Source: Atractiella rhizophila
Taxonomy: Eukaryota
Assembly: GCA_021432655.1 (NCBI GenBank)
Contig: MU271283.1
Location: 1 to 64,000, forward strand
Reading direction: 5' to 3'
DNA: 64,000 nt
The stretch's first letter is position 1, and each line of letters starts with the position of its first letter. The notes beneath the pieces are model-generated. The model did not search any database, was not told where the DNA came from, and worked only from the letters and a program-made list of their open reading frames with translations. Below are positions 13,903 to 24,528 of this stretch, one piece after another. Both the position numbers and the translations under genes were made by a program.

Positions 13903-16375
13903 CAAGTGTGTCAGTGCCCTCGTCCCTCGGGCATCCCCCCCCGCCAGGGGCTTCGCCCCTTGGACCCCAGCCTCCGGCAGCCACTGCGTGGAGCTCTTGC
14001 CCTCTGGCAGCCACTGCGTGAGGCCTCGCCTTCGGCAAGCACAGACTCACCATATGTACTCTACTGTCTTCAAAAAACAATGAAAGCTGAGTGGTCTCCT
14101 CGTACCTCGGAGAACCACTTCAGCTTTTGACTATACTGTTAGGAACATGCTGAGAGATGATCAGTGATTGAGTACTTGTAACACTTCCTTGTAAACTACA
14201 TTATCTGTTTGCTTGTTTTCTTCTCCTTGCTTTGTTTTGACCAATACTCATAAATTGTTTGCGTTTGAAACCCGTGAAAGACCAACATAAAGCTGTCCAT
14301 GAGAGAAAGGAGAAGACTCTAAGTACAAACCCACTTATCCAACAGATTGTCCTTGCACTTTATTCAGAGTTAAGGCAAACGCTAAGCGCACAGGGAATTG
14401 AAAGCGCCGGAATTGAAAAGGAAGCTGGTTTGATACTGCACTGTCAATGCCAATTCGAGGAATGAGAACTGATTCGCCACTGTGTGTACCTGTAATGATG
14501 GTTGCTTCGATGACTCGTCGGAGAAGCTGAGTGACAATGAGCCGCGTGCCGTTGCACAGGCCAGCAGATGGATTGAGATTTCGCAGAAGAATGATGGGTA
14601 CACCGGTCTTGAGGTGTAAACAATGCGAAGGGAATCCAGAGATCTCCAGGGTATTCAGGTACTCGACAGAGAAGCGATTTCTGAGATCTCCCTCGTCATC
14701 TATAATTTGATCTGTACTATAATATACCCCAATCTCCTATGGATTCGAGCCACTGAATCAAGTGATCGTTGATGCCATCCACATGATGTGGGCATGTGGT
14801 AGACCTATCTTCTGACATTCAATGACCCAGACATATCTGATAACCCTTCCAAAGATCTGTCATACCACTAAATCCTTGATGTACTCCAGAGCCTTCAGTC
14901 GAAAAACCCTTGAAACCAAATCTGGTCGATCCTCTGGTTTTTGTCCTGGTAGGACGGCTTCCGTGATCTCTGCCCAGTGTGGGTTGCAAGTGAAGGTTGT
15001 AAAGATATTTGGGGGTCCTTTGGCACCAACTATAGTCATTGCATCCTGGAACAGCTGATTCATTGAACGTGGACTGCCAGTGAAACTTGATGGTAATATA
15101 GTCCGCCTCCCGATATCTTCTAAAGAATAGCCTTCTGCAAGGGCATCCGTAAGACCTTGATACACCTCGGCTCGAAGAATAGACTTGATTGAACAGCAGA
15201 TAGCGGAGTCGATTCGCCTCAATTTGAGCATAAGCATCGACTACCAATTCTTGCAGTAGCCAACCACCATAGAGAGGGAGTGAGAATATATCATTTCGTT
15301 GATGCAACATGTAAGAATAGAACTCCATTTGGCTGACATGTTGTCGAACTCCAGAATTACCAACTTGCATGCCGTCATCATTGAAGTGCTCTCGCTCGCG
15401 AGGAGGAAGATCTGCAGGCAGGTGGTCTCGATATGGAATCTGCGGATGCCATCCTTGGTCCCCATATGGAAACAGAAGAGGAAAACGAAGTGGAAGATAA
15501 TTTGAGTTGAGCTCATTCACATGCCGTAAGTTGCTACCGGTCCTGGTTGCCCTGAGCTGGATGACAATATCTCTGGCCACTCCATATTCTTCTCTGTTAC
15601 CGTCTCCTACCTCACTACAGCAACTTCACTGGCTACAGGAATGTTGTAGCGTCTTGGGTCCCTATCTCGTGGGGCGACTGTGCGAAGATGTAGTGTTGTA
15701 GTGGGATCCTGTTCCGTTCTTTCCTTTGCAAATTTGTAGATCCTGGGATATGGGTTGACACGGAAGAGCATAGCCTGAAGGTCTTCAAGCGTCCTACGAT
15801 TCAGTGATATTGAAGTGTTGCCAACTCTTCGTTCAGTCTGTACAGCTGAATCTGTAATGTAGACCTGTGCAAATGTTTCACACCCTTCTTGTTGTGGTAA
15901 AAGAGTGCCAATAAGGTGGCACAGCTCTCCCTGAATTTTGAAGGAGTAGGGACCATGTCCAGGAATTGATACCTGGCGGACACCTAAGGATGTAAAGGCA
16001 AAAGCATTATTGAATATCCTGATATGCTCTCGAAATGCCGTTGACTCTATAATGCTTGTTCCTCTCAGATATGTATATGCAAAAAAATTGAATAGAAATA
16101 CTTACCTGTTGTATCGTCATGTGTAAAAAGCTTTCATAGCTCTTCAGGTGGAGGCGGAGGAACAGGTAGCAGCACCTTGCTGTAGAGACAGCACAATGCA
16201 AACTTTGGATTTCATTGTGGGCTGTTAACGATCTTCTCTTCCATCCAATGAAAGGCTTTGCAATGTCTACAAAGTAATCCCCAAGTAGAGAGGTGGTGTG
16301 CCTCAAGATCCATATCAGGTGAGTAGTTGAATGCAGGATAGTGATGTTGCCTTATTTCGCCTCGCAACAACGGGA
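13903..16375 (-). mobile_element. Defective Helitron (RepHel pseudogene, 5'-truncated, internally deleted)
   Basis: CRHCKAFHW..LCC..KVLLP; NNAFAFTSLG..GPYSFKIQG; LRFPLLFPYGDQGW; ILPSSFTGSPR; FTTFTCNPHWAEI; DRPDLVSRVF; Rep motif VIECQKIGLPHAH joined directly to helicase end LLRNLNP..GLCNGTRL, RRFQFPVRLAFALTLNKVQGQ, FSHGQLYVGLSRV, NVVYKEVL. One intron (16047-16105). 3' hairpin TGCCC-N9-GGGCA lies 8 nt before CTTG. Confidence 0.95.
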
Positions 16376-16860
16376 TAATCCAATTCAGTCTTCAACTTCT
16401 TCCTGCAGGTGAAAACATTGTCTTGTGATATATTTCATTAAACGTTGACTAGATGGAGGATGCTCTTCGAACCCAGCTAGTTACGGGACAGCTTATGGGA
16501 ATTGGTACGCACTGCGAGCACATATCCGGGACAAACGTAAATATCCGGCCAAATATCGCGAGGCAAGTCCTCCTATACCCTCACGCACTCCAAGCCACCT
16601 CCTATCCCGATGAATCAGAGTACCTCGAAACGCAAACAATTCCTAGCTAGTCTTTTTACATCTCAGAGCTTAAGTTCATGCTCGCTCAGGTATCAGTGAA
16701 CGGAAAGAGTATGGTCTGGAAGATCATGAGGTGCGCTGTTTCCTGCTTCTTAATCAAGCTTAATCCATGTTGAGTATTTCATACTAGTAGGCTATCGTAG
16801 TTGGAATGCAGGTTCACATACAGTCATATCCAAATTGTTATCTAAAATCCGCCTCATACT

Positions 16861-17500
16861 TCAGTGCCTGGTAGAAGAAGGCCCAATATCCCTGAGAACG
16901 CTTGAGATCGAAGCCGATCTCAAACTTCTCTGCCAGCTAAGTACCTGAAGGAACGCGTCGAGTGCTTCAGCTGCTTCTGCAGGGATATCCCAGTCTAGTT
17001 CTTTCGACCTATAGGCATGCAGGTACACCCCTTCGACTTCTCGCTCTTGCACGAGTGCGTAGATGTATTCTGGCTCGAAGTCGAAACGGGTTATGTGGCA
17101 CTTCGTCCCTCTCATGCCAATCACCCATACCTGGGTTGCTGCATGTTAGCTAAGCTCACGTTATTCTGTCGGCGTACCTGCTCCTTGTGAAACTTATCAA
17201 TATGTTCCAAGTTGATAGGAGTTTCACCCCTAGAAATCGACTGAAACAGCCAACCTACAGCTTCGGCAACTGTATGCTCGTTTGCTCAGTTCTTATGCCA
17301 GTTTTTAAGAGATACGCACGCTCTTGAAAGAACATTTCGTCTAAGGTCGTATCTGCAGTCTTCGCCTCTTGGGGTAGCAGAAAACGACAGAAAAATGTCA
17401 TCTGCTTATTTGCTTCGTCGTAGAATCTGACCCCTATGGACCCGTCGTTGATAGCAGTCCATACTTCATCATGCCGAAACATGAACCAACTCGTCTTGCT
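16861..17500 (-). pseudogene. Gene fragment distantly related to the family X C-terminus
   Basis: IGMRGTKCHITRFDFEPEYI..RSKELDW..AAEALDAFLQVL parallels VGMTNLRMHFSVAYFPEDHI..QSEEYDL..RRGALNGVIAL; internal stops. Confidence 0.4.
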
Positions 17501-17559
17501 CGGTTTTCGGCTATTTCTTTATTAACCATGTGCTCTCCCTAGTGGCCGGGAAGACTCAA

Positions 17560-18037
17560 ACAAATATCTAAGATATCCATTAGCACCATTCGAAACATGA
17601 CGTAGAAGGGGACGTACGTAAGCTAAAAATCCACCCACAGTGAAACTGGCAATCCGCAAAAGTGCCATCCTAGTCTCAATCCCCTCAGCCTTCCTGTCCT
17701 CCGCAAACCCTTCTCTCATCGTCGTCGTAGCGGATGTAACGCCAAAGGACTTCGAATCTTCCTTAATAGTGTCCATACTCTTCTTCCACTCTCCATCTTG
17801 CATTGCCCTCTCCTTCTCTCCACCCTGATAATTACCTCCCCATTGCGTCGCCGTAGAATCCCTCAAAGTAGACACCCTTCCTTGACTGGCTGAAAGATAG
17901 TTAGCGATACTTGGTCTCGTGTTCTCCTCTGCCTTCTCGATGCCATCCTCCCTCTGAAGCACAGTGGGAGAAGATACAAAAGTGGTATTCGTCCAAAAGC
18001 TCGTTGGGGTCTCTGTACGCAACATCTCATTCGACGG
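17560..18037. repeat. 478-bp direct repeat, copy 2
   Basis: Matches 10171-10648. Confidence 0.95.
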
Positions 18038-19170
18038 CCGATTGGACCCAGTGAGGGAGAAAAACCCGAGAGGAGTTGAAGAGCGAAGCATGTCAAATGA
18101 TCCCTTCTTCTTCGGAGGTGGAGAGGTAGGATCATAAGCCATTGCAGGCCTAGAGACTGAGCCCCCAAGTTGATCCTCACCGAATGTAGTCCTAAAAGGC
18201 GACGCAGTGGGAGGCGGTTCGATATTATCCAGTAGAGCCGCAAACGGCAGTCCATCTCCCTCACCTCGACTCTCTGACCTTCGCACCAAAGTTGAGGGCA
18301 GCTTCACCTCTCTCATTACCTTCCTGCTCTGTGGAGAAGATAAGGGAGAAGCAGCCACTCGTCGCACTTTCCAAATCGCCAATCCAAGTCGTCCCCATCC
18401 GATGATAGCGAGTCCAACAACTGCGGTGACCCATGCCAACATCCCAATCCACACTCCCCTGCTCTGTGCGTCACCCAAGACAGCAACTGCCGCCGCTCCA
18501 CCTCCGAGAACAAGGGCTGGAGGACCCCAAATCATCATATCGATCGGTAAGTGAGTTACAGAGCGCGACAAGACGAGAGGGATGTAGGAAAGGAGGGAGA
18601 GGGACAGGAGGAGCGTGGGACGGAGCGAGAGAGACAGGAAGAGAAGGGCGAGTGATAAGTCGGCAGGAGTGGAGAGGGAGGAAGATGTCATTGCGACGAG
18701 ATAGAGTAGGATGGTAGATGAGAGGACTTCGACGAGAGCCAGATAACACCTGTTCCGCTTCTTTATCAACATCACATAAGGAAGGAGAGCAAGAGATACA
18801 TACTGATAACGTTGAGCACTCTTGACCTTACCAGAGCTTGTCTCCTCGTCCCCCAAATTCTCCTTCGACCTCAAACTAGCATTGAGGCTTCTAGTAGTGA
18901 CGGATTTTCCTTTTGAGGTCAAGAAAATCGGCACGAGCGTGCGTGTGGTCACATAAATGGAAGAGACGAAGCTGCGTCGACCAACATCACATGCATCACC
19001 CCTCGTTGTATAAAGATTAAGAGAGGAAAGAGAACGTACGAGAAAACTGTCAATCCCAAAGTCCAAAACAACCACACCGGCTGAGAGCCCATTCCTCCAC
19101 CTCCAACCATGTTACTTCCACTTCCATGTGCATCTCCAGCGCTAGTTCCACCTCCAAAAATCGAAGGCAT
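17560..19170 (-). CDS. 5' half of the 7-TM membrane protein (five TM segments, large cytoplasmic loop, sixth TM), cut off at 17560
   Basis: MPSIFGG..PVWLFWTLGLTVFS|FVSSIYVTTRTLVPIFL, KSAQR|..CYLALVEVLSSTILLYL, LSLALLFLSL.., MIWGPPALVL.., GVWIGMLAWVTAVVGLAII..; ends 8 nt into the IFVAPF exon. Confidence 0.7.
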
Positions 19171-20015
19171 CGTCAAATCCGTCCAAATTCCAATAACAGC
19201 GTCTTGTCGTCGTTCGTAAAGAGTAGCAGCGTCCAAGTCGTAGTGTTTACCTTAACCGTAGATGTCGTATCCCGTGCGTTGAAAACAATGGTCCCAACTG
19301 ATGGACCTCTGCGAAAATGAAAGTTGCGAAATGTCAAAAGCTGATATGGCCCATCTGCATCGACAGAAAGCGTACCTCGTCACTCTCAATCTCCCTGCAA
19401 ATGCGTCAGTTCTTGGTCGTTCTGATAATCCATGTTACTGGGAGAGTAATATCAACACGTCCAAATAGGACAGCGCGAAAAAGTCACGAGTGGGCTATTT
19501 GGCTGTGCTTCTAGAAGGCAGTGACGAACCTTATTACCCCGCATTCTCTGAGCAACTTGAACTTTGGATGGGCTCCGCTGAGCTTACGCTGGGAACAATG
19601 ATTTCAATGTCATTTTGCCTGGTTAGAGGATTTTTGGGCTGCTAGAGCATATAAGATCTCACACAAGAGTTCGTTCATGTCAGTGGATTTTGTTGTCGTG
19701 ATGAGCGAGACTGTGCCCACGTCCGCGCAAATGGATGCAGCAGGAAACAACCATCGCTGAGCCTAAGCTAGCTAATATTTTACGACCCCTTTTACGACTC
19801 TTTTCTGACGCCCCCTACCTCTATCTCTTCATTAGAACCGGATATCAAGTTGAGAGAGCGCGTCTCGTTGTTTCTTACCTCACCTTCTTTGTTCGTTCAA
19901 ATCTCACCAGAGCAGAACTCGGGAAGTAACAAGGCCACCTTTGGCTCCGTCAAACGGTTGTTGTATGATATAACCATTCTCCTTTCAGTTCTTCCTCCTC
20001 ATTTCTCTCGTAGGT

Positions 20016-21249
20016 ATGGTTCTGATGTCAACTTCGGAGGCATCCCCGTCCGCACGTTGGACCTCCTACCTCCAGCCCATCTTCAACTTGTCCCCTTCCT
20101 CCATCTTTGCTTCTTCCACCTCAATAACTCTCTCCTCTCCAACACCCCTTGAACTAAGCGGTGACAGTCCCCACTCTACCCACTCCGCCACTCCCGAAAA
20201 CGAGGACGACATAGCAGAACAGACCCTCCTACTTCCCTCAAGTACCCCTCGTCCAACTTTCTCTTCACCTCCCACGCTCGCGACCATCGAGGAGGAGGAA
20301 GAGCCACCGCCCAGTCCCTTGACATCTCGATTGCAGCGTCTCTCCACCCCGTTTGGCGCACACGCCTCAGCTTTCGAAGTACCTTTCCAGTTCCATCTTC
20401 CTAGGTCGCCGGAAAGCTCGCCTCCTCCAACGAGGACGCCAGTTCTGGAGTTGCCTTTTGTCCCATTATGCTCGCCGACGCGAGACATAGAGTACGATCC
20501 TACACCAGTATCTTCACCTTTCAAAGCATCACTAACTTCAACAAGAGTGGTGGACATCCAAAGTACATTTGACGCGATGCAAGGAGAGGGAGAGACAGAG
20601 GAGGGAGAGGAAGCAGAGATACTAAGGCTACTAGTACCCTCGATCAACGCAGAGTCGATAAGAAAGGAGGGAAATGTGAAGAAGTCGAGGAAGAAGTTGA
20701 GACCGCCACCTTTGAACTTGGGCGAGCCGAAAGCGATGTCAGAGGAGGAGAAGTGGAGGGGAATGGTACAGGTGCGCCGCTCTCTTCTTCCAAAATCGCT
20801 CGCACTGACTGTATTCCCCTTGGTACATGCAGAAGTCCATTGAAGCCCTCTCATCCTCAAAAGACGACTTGATATCTCAACAACGTCTCAAGAAGTCCGT
20901 TCACATCCACCCGTCCTCCCCTCTTGCTCATTGCTGAAACCAATATCTGATCAGGTACATAAGCGAGCGGTGGTCGATTGACATGCACGATCCAAAGATG
21001 GTAACACGATTCCGCGACGCCATTAGGAACGACATGCACTTTGACCTTCCAAGAGGCTACCGAGGGAGCGTTGGCTTACGCAGCGCTGGAGTGGAGGTGC
21101 GTTCATTCACTCCTTTCAAACTTCTTATGGCAGGAAATGGACTGAGCCTTTCGTAGATCCCTGTGACGCCTGTGCATAGTAGGCTCAAGAGTTTGACGCC
21201 GGATACGAGAAGAGCGATGGTGAATCAGAGGAAGAGATACGTTCAATGA
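20016..21249 (+). CDS. P/S/E-rich protein with a C-terminal divergent linker-histone H1 globular (H15) domain
   Basis: Spliced C-terminus WRGMVQKSIEALSSSKDDLISQQRLKKYISERWSIDMHDPKMVTRFRDAIRNDMHFDLPRGYRGSVGL resembles the fungal Hho1 globular domain pattern (M..AI.AL...S.Q.IKKYI...F..A....F.QPKG.SG.V.L). Confidence 0.6.
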
Positions 21250-21516
21250 GCAGTATGATGTTTCGGTTTAAGTTGTTGTTTTGCGCGTTTTGAGAGCGGT
21301 GGTTAGTTCACACATCATAGACGATATCGTCCATTTCGTTTCTTGGGTTTTGTCTTTTGTTCTCGCATCGATCTTAACCATCTTGTTTCACTATGCAATC
21401 AACTCCCCATGTTCTTGTCCCAGCACTGAAAAACTGATGGTGTACAATTCTGATGAATTGCGATATCGAGTAGCTTTACACTCTCACTCTCGTACGAAAA
21501 CAGAATAGAAAAACGC

Positions 21517-22953
21517 TTAATCCCATCCAGACGCCTCAGCCACTGGAGCGGCAGGCTCATCTCCTCCCCATCCATCCTTTGTCCCGGAAGGTACCTCTCC
21601 AACGACCTGCTCCTCAATAACATCTGCAACTTCTGGAGCAGCCTGCTCAGTGGCGGGCTGGTAATGGAACTCGCCAGCTGGACGAGGCTCACTATATTTC
21701 CCATCAGAACTGGCATGTGATCGTCAATAATGAGCATACGCGTGAGTAACGGGGGCTGGTGCAGCAGACTCTTCTTTCGGCTCAACAATGGTGACCATAT
21801 CAGGAAGAGGACGCTTGGGTCCAGTCTTGCCCTCAGGATCCCAAGGCTTCATGCTATGCAATGGAGAGTTAAGCAATGGGATTTGGTAGGGAGAATAGAC
21901 ATACATCTTGACCTTGATACCGAGGACACCTTGGCGAAGGAGAACGTGCCTGACAGCCTCATCCACGAAGTCCCTTGCTGGCTGACCGGAATGAATCATG
22001 AATCCATCGGTGAACTTCATGCTCTTTGCCCTCGCACTATCCATTAAGATGGATTATTCGAATCTACCTCCAGTCCCAGAGCAGACAAAAAAGACATACG
22101 CTCTGAGCTTTCCGGAGACGACAACCTCAACACCTTTGGCGCCGCTCTCCATAACAAATCGCACAACACCATAGCAAGCCCTTCGGTACGCCAAACCCTG
22201 CAGAAGTTTGTAGCGGAGAGATTCGGCTTGAGCGACGGCAGAGAGACCACGGTGCGTCACTTTCTCAGCAAAAAGCTCGAGGGCTCCCTCAGGGAAGTGA
22301 AATCTCTTGGTAAGGAGCGAAGTGAGCTCCCTGATCCTGCGTCCTGTACCACAATATGCAATCAACCATTGAGAAATATGAAAAAAGGAAACTAACCCTT
22401 CTCTCCCAAAACTTCCTGAGTATGGGTAGCGCGGATGATAATCTCGGTTTTGGCATGGGCGACACGGACTTCGCAACCGGAGTATCCCTCAGAAGACAAC
22501 TCTCGGGTGAAGAAGTCATTCAATTCGGCTAGTACCAGAGAGGCGAATCAGTCATCGGATCTCAAAGAGAAGCATCCAGACTAACCGTAGAAAACACCTA
22601 AAGTTGGCAGCAGAATTCAGTATTTCGTTGGTGCTATTGATTGCTTAAACATACCGTCGGCAACGAACTATGGTTCACATCAAGTTAGTGAGCGATCGAA
22701 GTGCAGCAGAGAGCAGGGAGTCAGAGTTTCAGAGCAAACGATTCACAACTGCTGTCATGTCCACTCGAAGAGCTAAGAGTTTTTAATCATTGTCTTCTTG
22801 CCAGAAGTAAAACAATATTAGTCGCAAGTGCATATTATTTGCCATGCCATCTCATCAATTGAAGCAGAGATAATGCGACAGTCCCTCATGTATTGCACCA
22901 TGGAAAGAGCAGAAACGAACCTTTCTACGTTTGCTAATAGTTCCGCTAGACAT
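21517..22953 (-). CDS. RPS3: 40S ribosomal protein S3 (uS3)
   Basis: [113 protein letters not shown]; includes 13- and 12-nt micro-exons. Confidence 0.97.
22721..22795 (-). ncRNA. Candidate intronic box C/D snoRNA in RPS3 intron 1
   Basis: ATGATTA (C-like, 22790-22784), TCGA and ATGACA (D'/C'-like), CTGA (22732-22729), about 60 nt before the 3' splice site of an unusually long (~250 nt) intron; target not identified. Confidence 0.35.
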
Positions 22954-23133
22954 TGTTCCTGCTGTTGATCCTTCCCGTAGAGTGCCTAACGCTTTTGATA
23001 CGCACGACAAAGCTGGTCGATCCCAAGTCACGATCTTGAGCTGAGGAGTTAGGGTTGCACAAGAAAAACAAACAGCCGCCGCGCAGCATAAAGTTTCGGT
23101 ACCCTATAAAAGCACATCACAATTACAACTACC
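22954..23133. promoter_or_regulatory. 180-bp bidirectional promoter between RPS3 and CWC2
   Basis: Divergent ATGs at 22953 and 23134; TATAAAAG at 23105-23112; TTAGGGTT at 23049-23056; both motifs retained in the duplicate. Confidence 0.6.
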
Positions 23134-24528
23134 ATGTCCAACATTGCTTCTACTTCGTCAAATTCTGTTGTGACCCCAGCAGATGGTCAAGATGGAGAGC
23201 CTAGGATTGTCAAAGTCAAAAGGCGACCTGCTAGGAAGCAAGTGGAAAAAGGGCAGATTGAGAAGAAGGCCTTAGCCCAGACTGGTCAAATCGTATGTTG
23301 CTCCTTCCTTACGTTAAATGGGTGTTTACGTTTCTTGGGAAGGCAGTACAACCTATGGTACCATAAGTACGCGAATTTCTGATGGTGAAGCTGTTTTGAC
23401 ACCAACCTTGCAGATGGGCGGGGGGTGATAAATTTGATGAGTATAACGTGTACGTCTTTCTGCGCAGTAATGCAAACTGTCTTGGAATACTGACGGGAAC
23501 CTATAGTAAGGAGAAGTCTCAGACCCGTTGTGTTCTGGCAACAGACACTGGGTACACGCGTGCAGACGGTGGAAACAATAAATACATCTGCCTCTTCTTT
23601 GCACGTGGGTGTTGTCCCTATGGGTTTGTTATTTTTCCTGCTATTTGCATCAAGCCGCTCACTTACGAGCAGGCAAGACTGCAGCTATCTCCATCGTCTT
23701 CCTCCGAAAGAGTCTAAACTCCCCGACGCTGCTCGTGACGTTTTCGGACGTGAAAAGTTTTCGAACTACCGAGATGATATGGGTGGCGTCGGATCTTTCC
23801 TGAGGCAGAATAGGACCCTGTACGTTGGTAGGCTGAATGAAAGCGTGAGAGGAGGGAAGGAAGGAGAGATGGAAGATATGATCCTGCGGCATTTTGAGGA
23901 ATTTGGGGAGGTCGAGAAGAGTAAGTTTTGTGATTTTGTCTCTATTGAACACTAACAAACTTCGTGTCGGTGGCAGTACGAGTACTTCATGGTCGCGGAG
24001 TCGCTTTTGTCACTTACATTTCCGAGCTTCAAGCACAATTTGCGAAAGAAGCGATGATGCATCAATCCCTCGACCATGATGAAGTGCTGAATGTCCGGTG
24101 TGTTCTTTCGATCACAGTACGTCGATATATATCTAATACGCGCGCAACCTAGATGGGCGACTGAAGACCCCAACCCAACCTCAAAAGAGGAAGAGCTAGC
24201 ACGACTGAAGAGAGTGGGGGAAGAAGGAATCGCCAAGCGTCTGCCTCCCGAATTAGTCCGCCACATTCGACAGCTCGATGACCTAGAGGGATTAAACGAT
24301 GGTCTCGTCGGGGAGGGATCAGACGACGAAGATGGTGCCCCGCCAGCGAAGCGTGCTCGAATTGAAGCCGCACCCGCCCCCGTTGCTCCGCAGATGCAGC
24401 AACCAACCGGGCTTCTCTCCTTTGGAGCGCTCGACAGTCTCAAATCTGTAGCAGGAGCTGCGGCGACAAAAGAGAAGCCCAACGCGTTGGGGAGCTTGGC
24501 GGATTATGGGAGCGATGATGAGGAGTAG
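23134..24528 (+). CDS. CWC2: Pre-mRNA splicing factor Cwc2 (CCCH zinc finger + RRM)
   Basis: RPARKQV, YNLWYHKW.GG, SQTRC..DTGYTRAD, ICLFFARGCCPYG.DCSYLHRLP, RDVFGREKFSNYRDDMGGVGSF, RTLYVG, AQFAKEAMMHQSL, LNVRWATEDPNP. Confidence 0.95.

Larger units (their letters stand above)
12990..16830 (+). pseudogene. Family X copy 1, degenerate and interrupted by the Helitron at 13672-16375
   Basis: 13206-13670 and 16376-16830 align to 28840-29380 and 29380-29810 (DDHVIACRVMPLLDRPLSGIFS; MEDALR..SEYLETQ..ELKFMLAQ); frameshifts and stops present. Confidence 0.85.
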
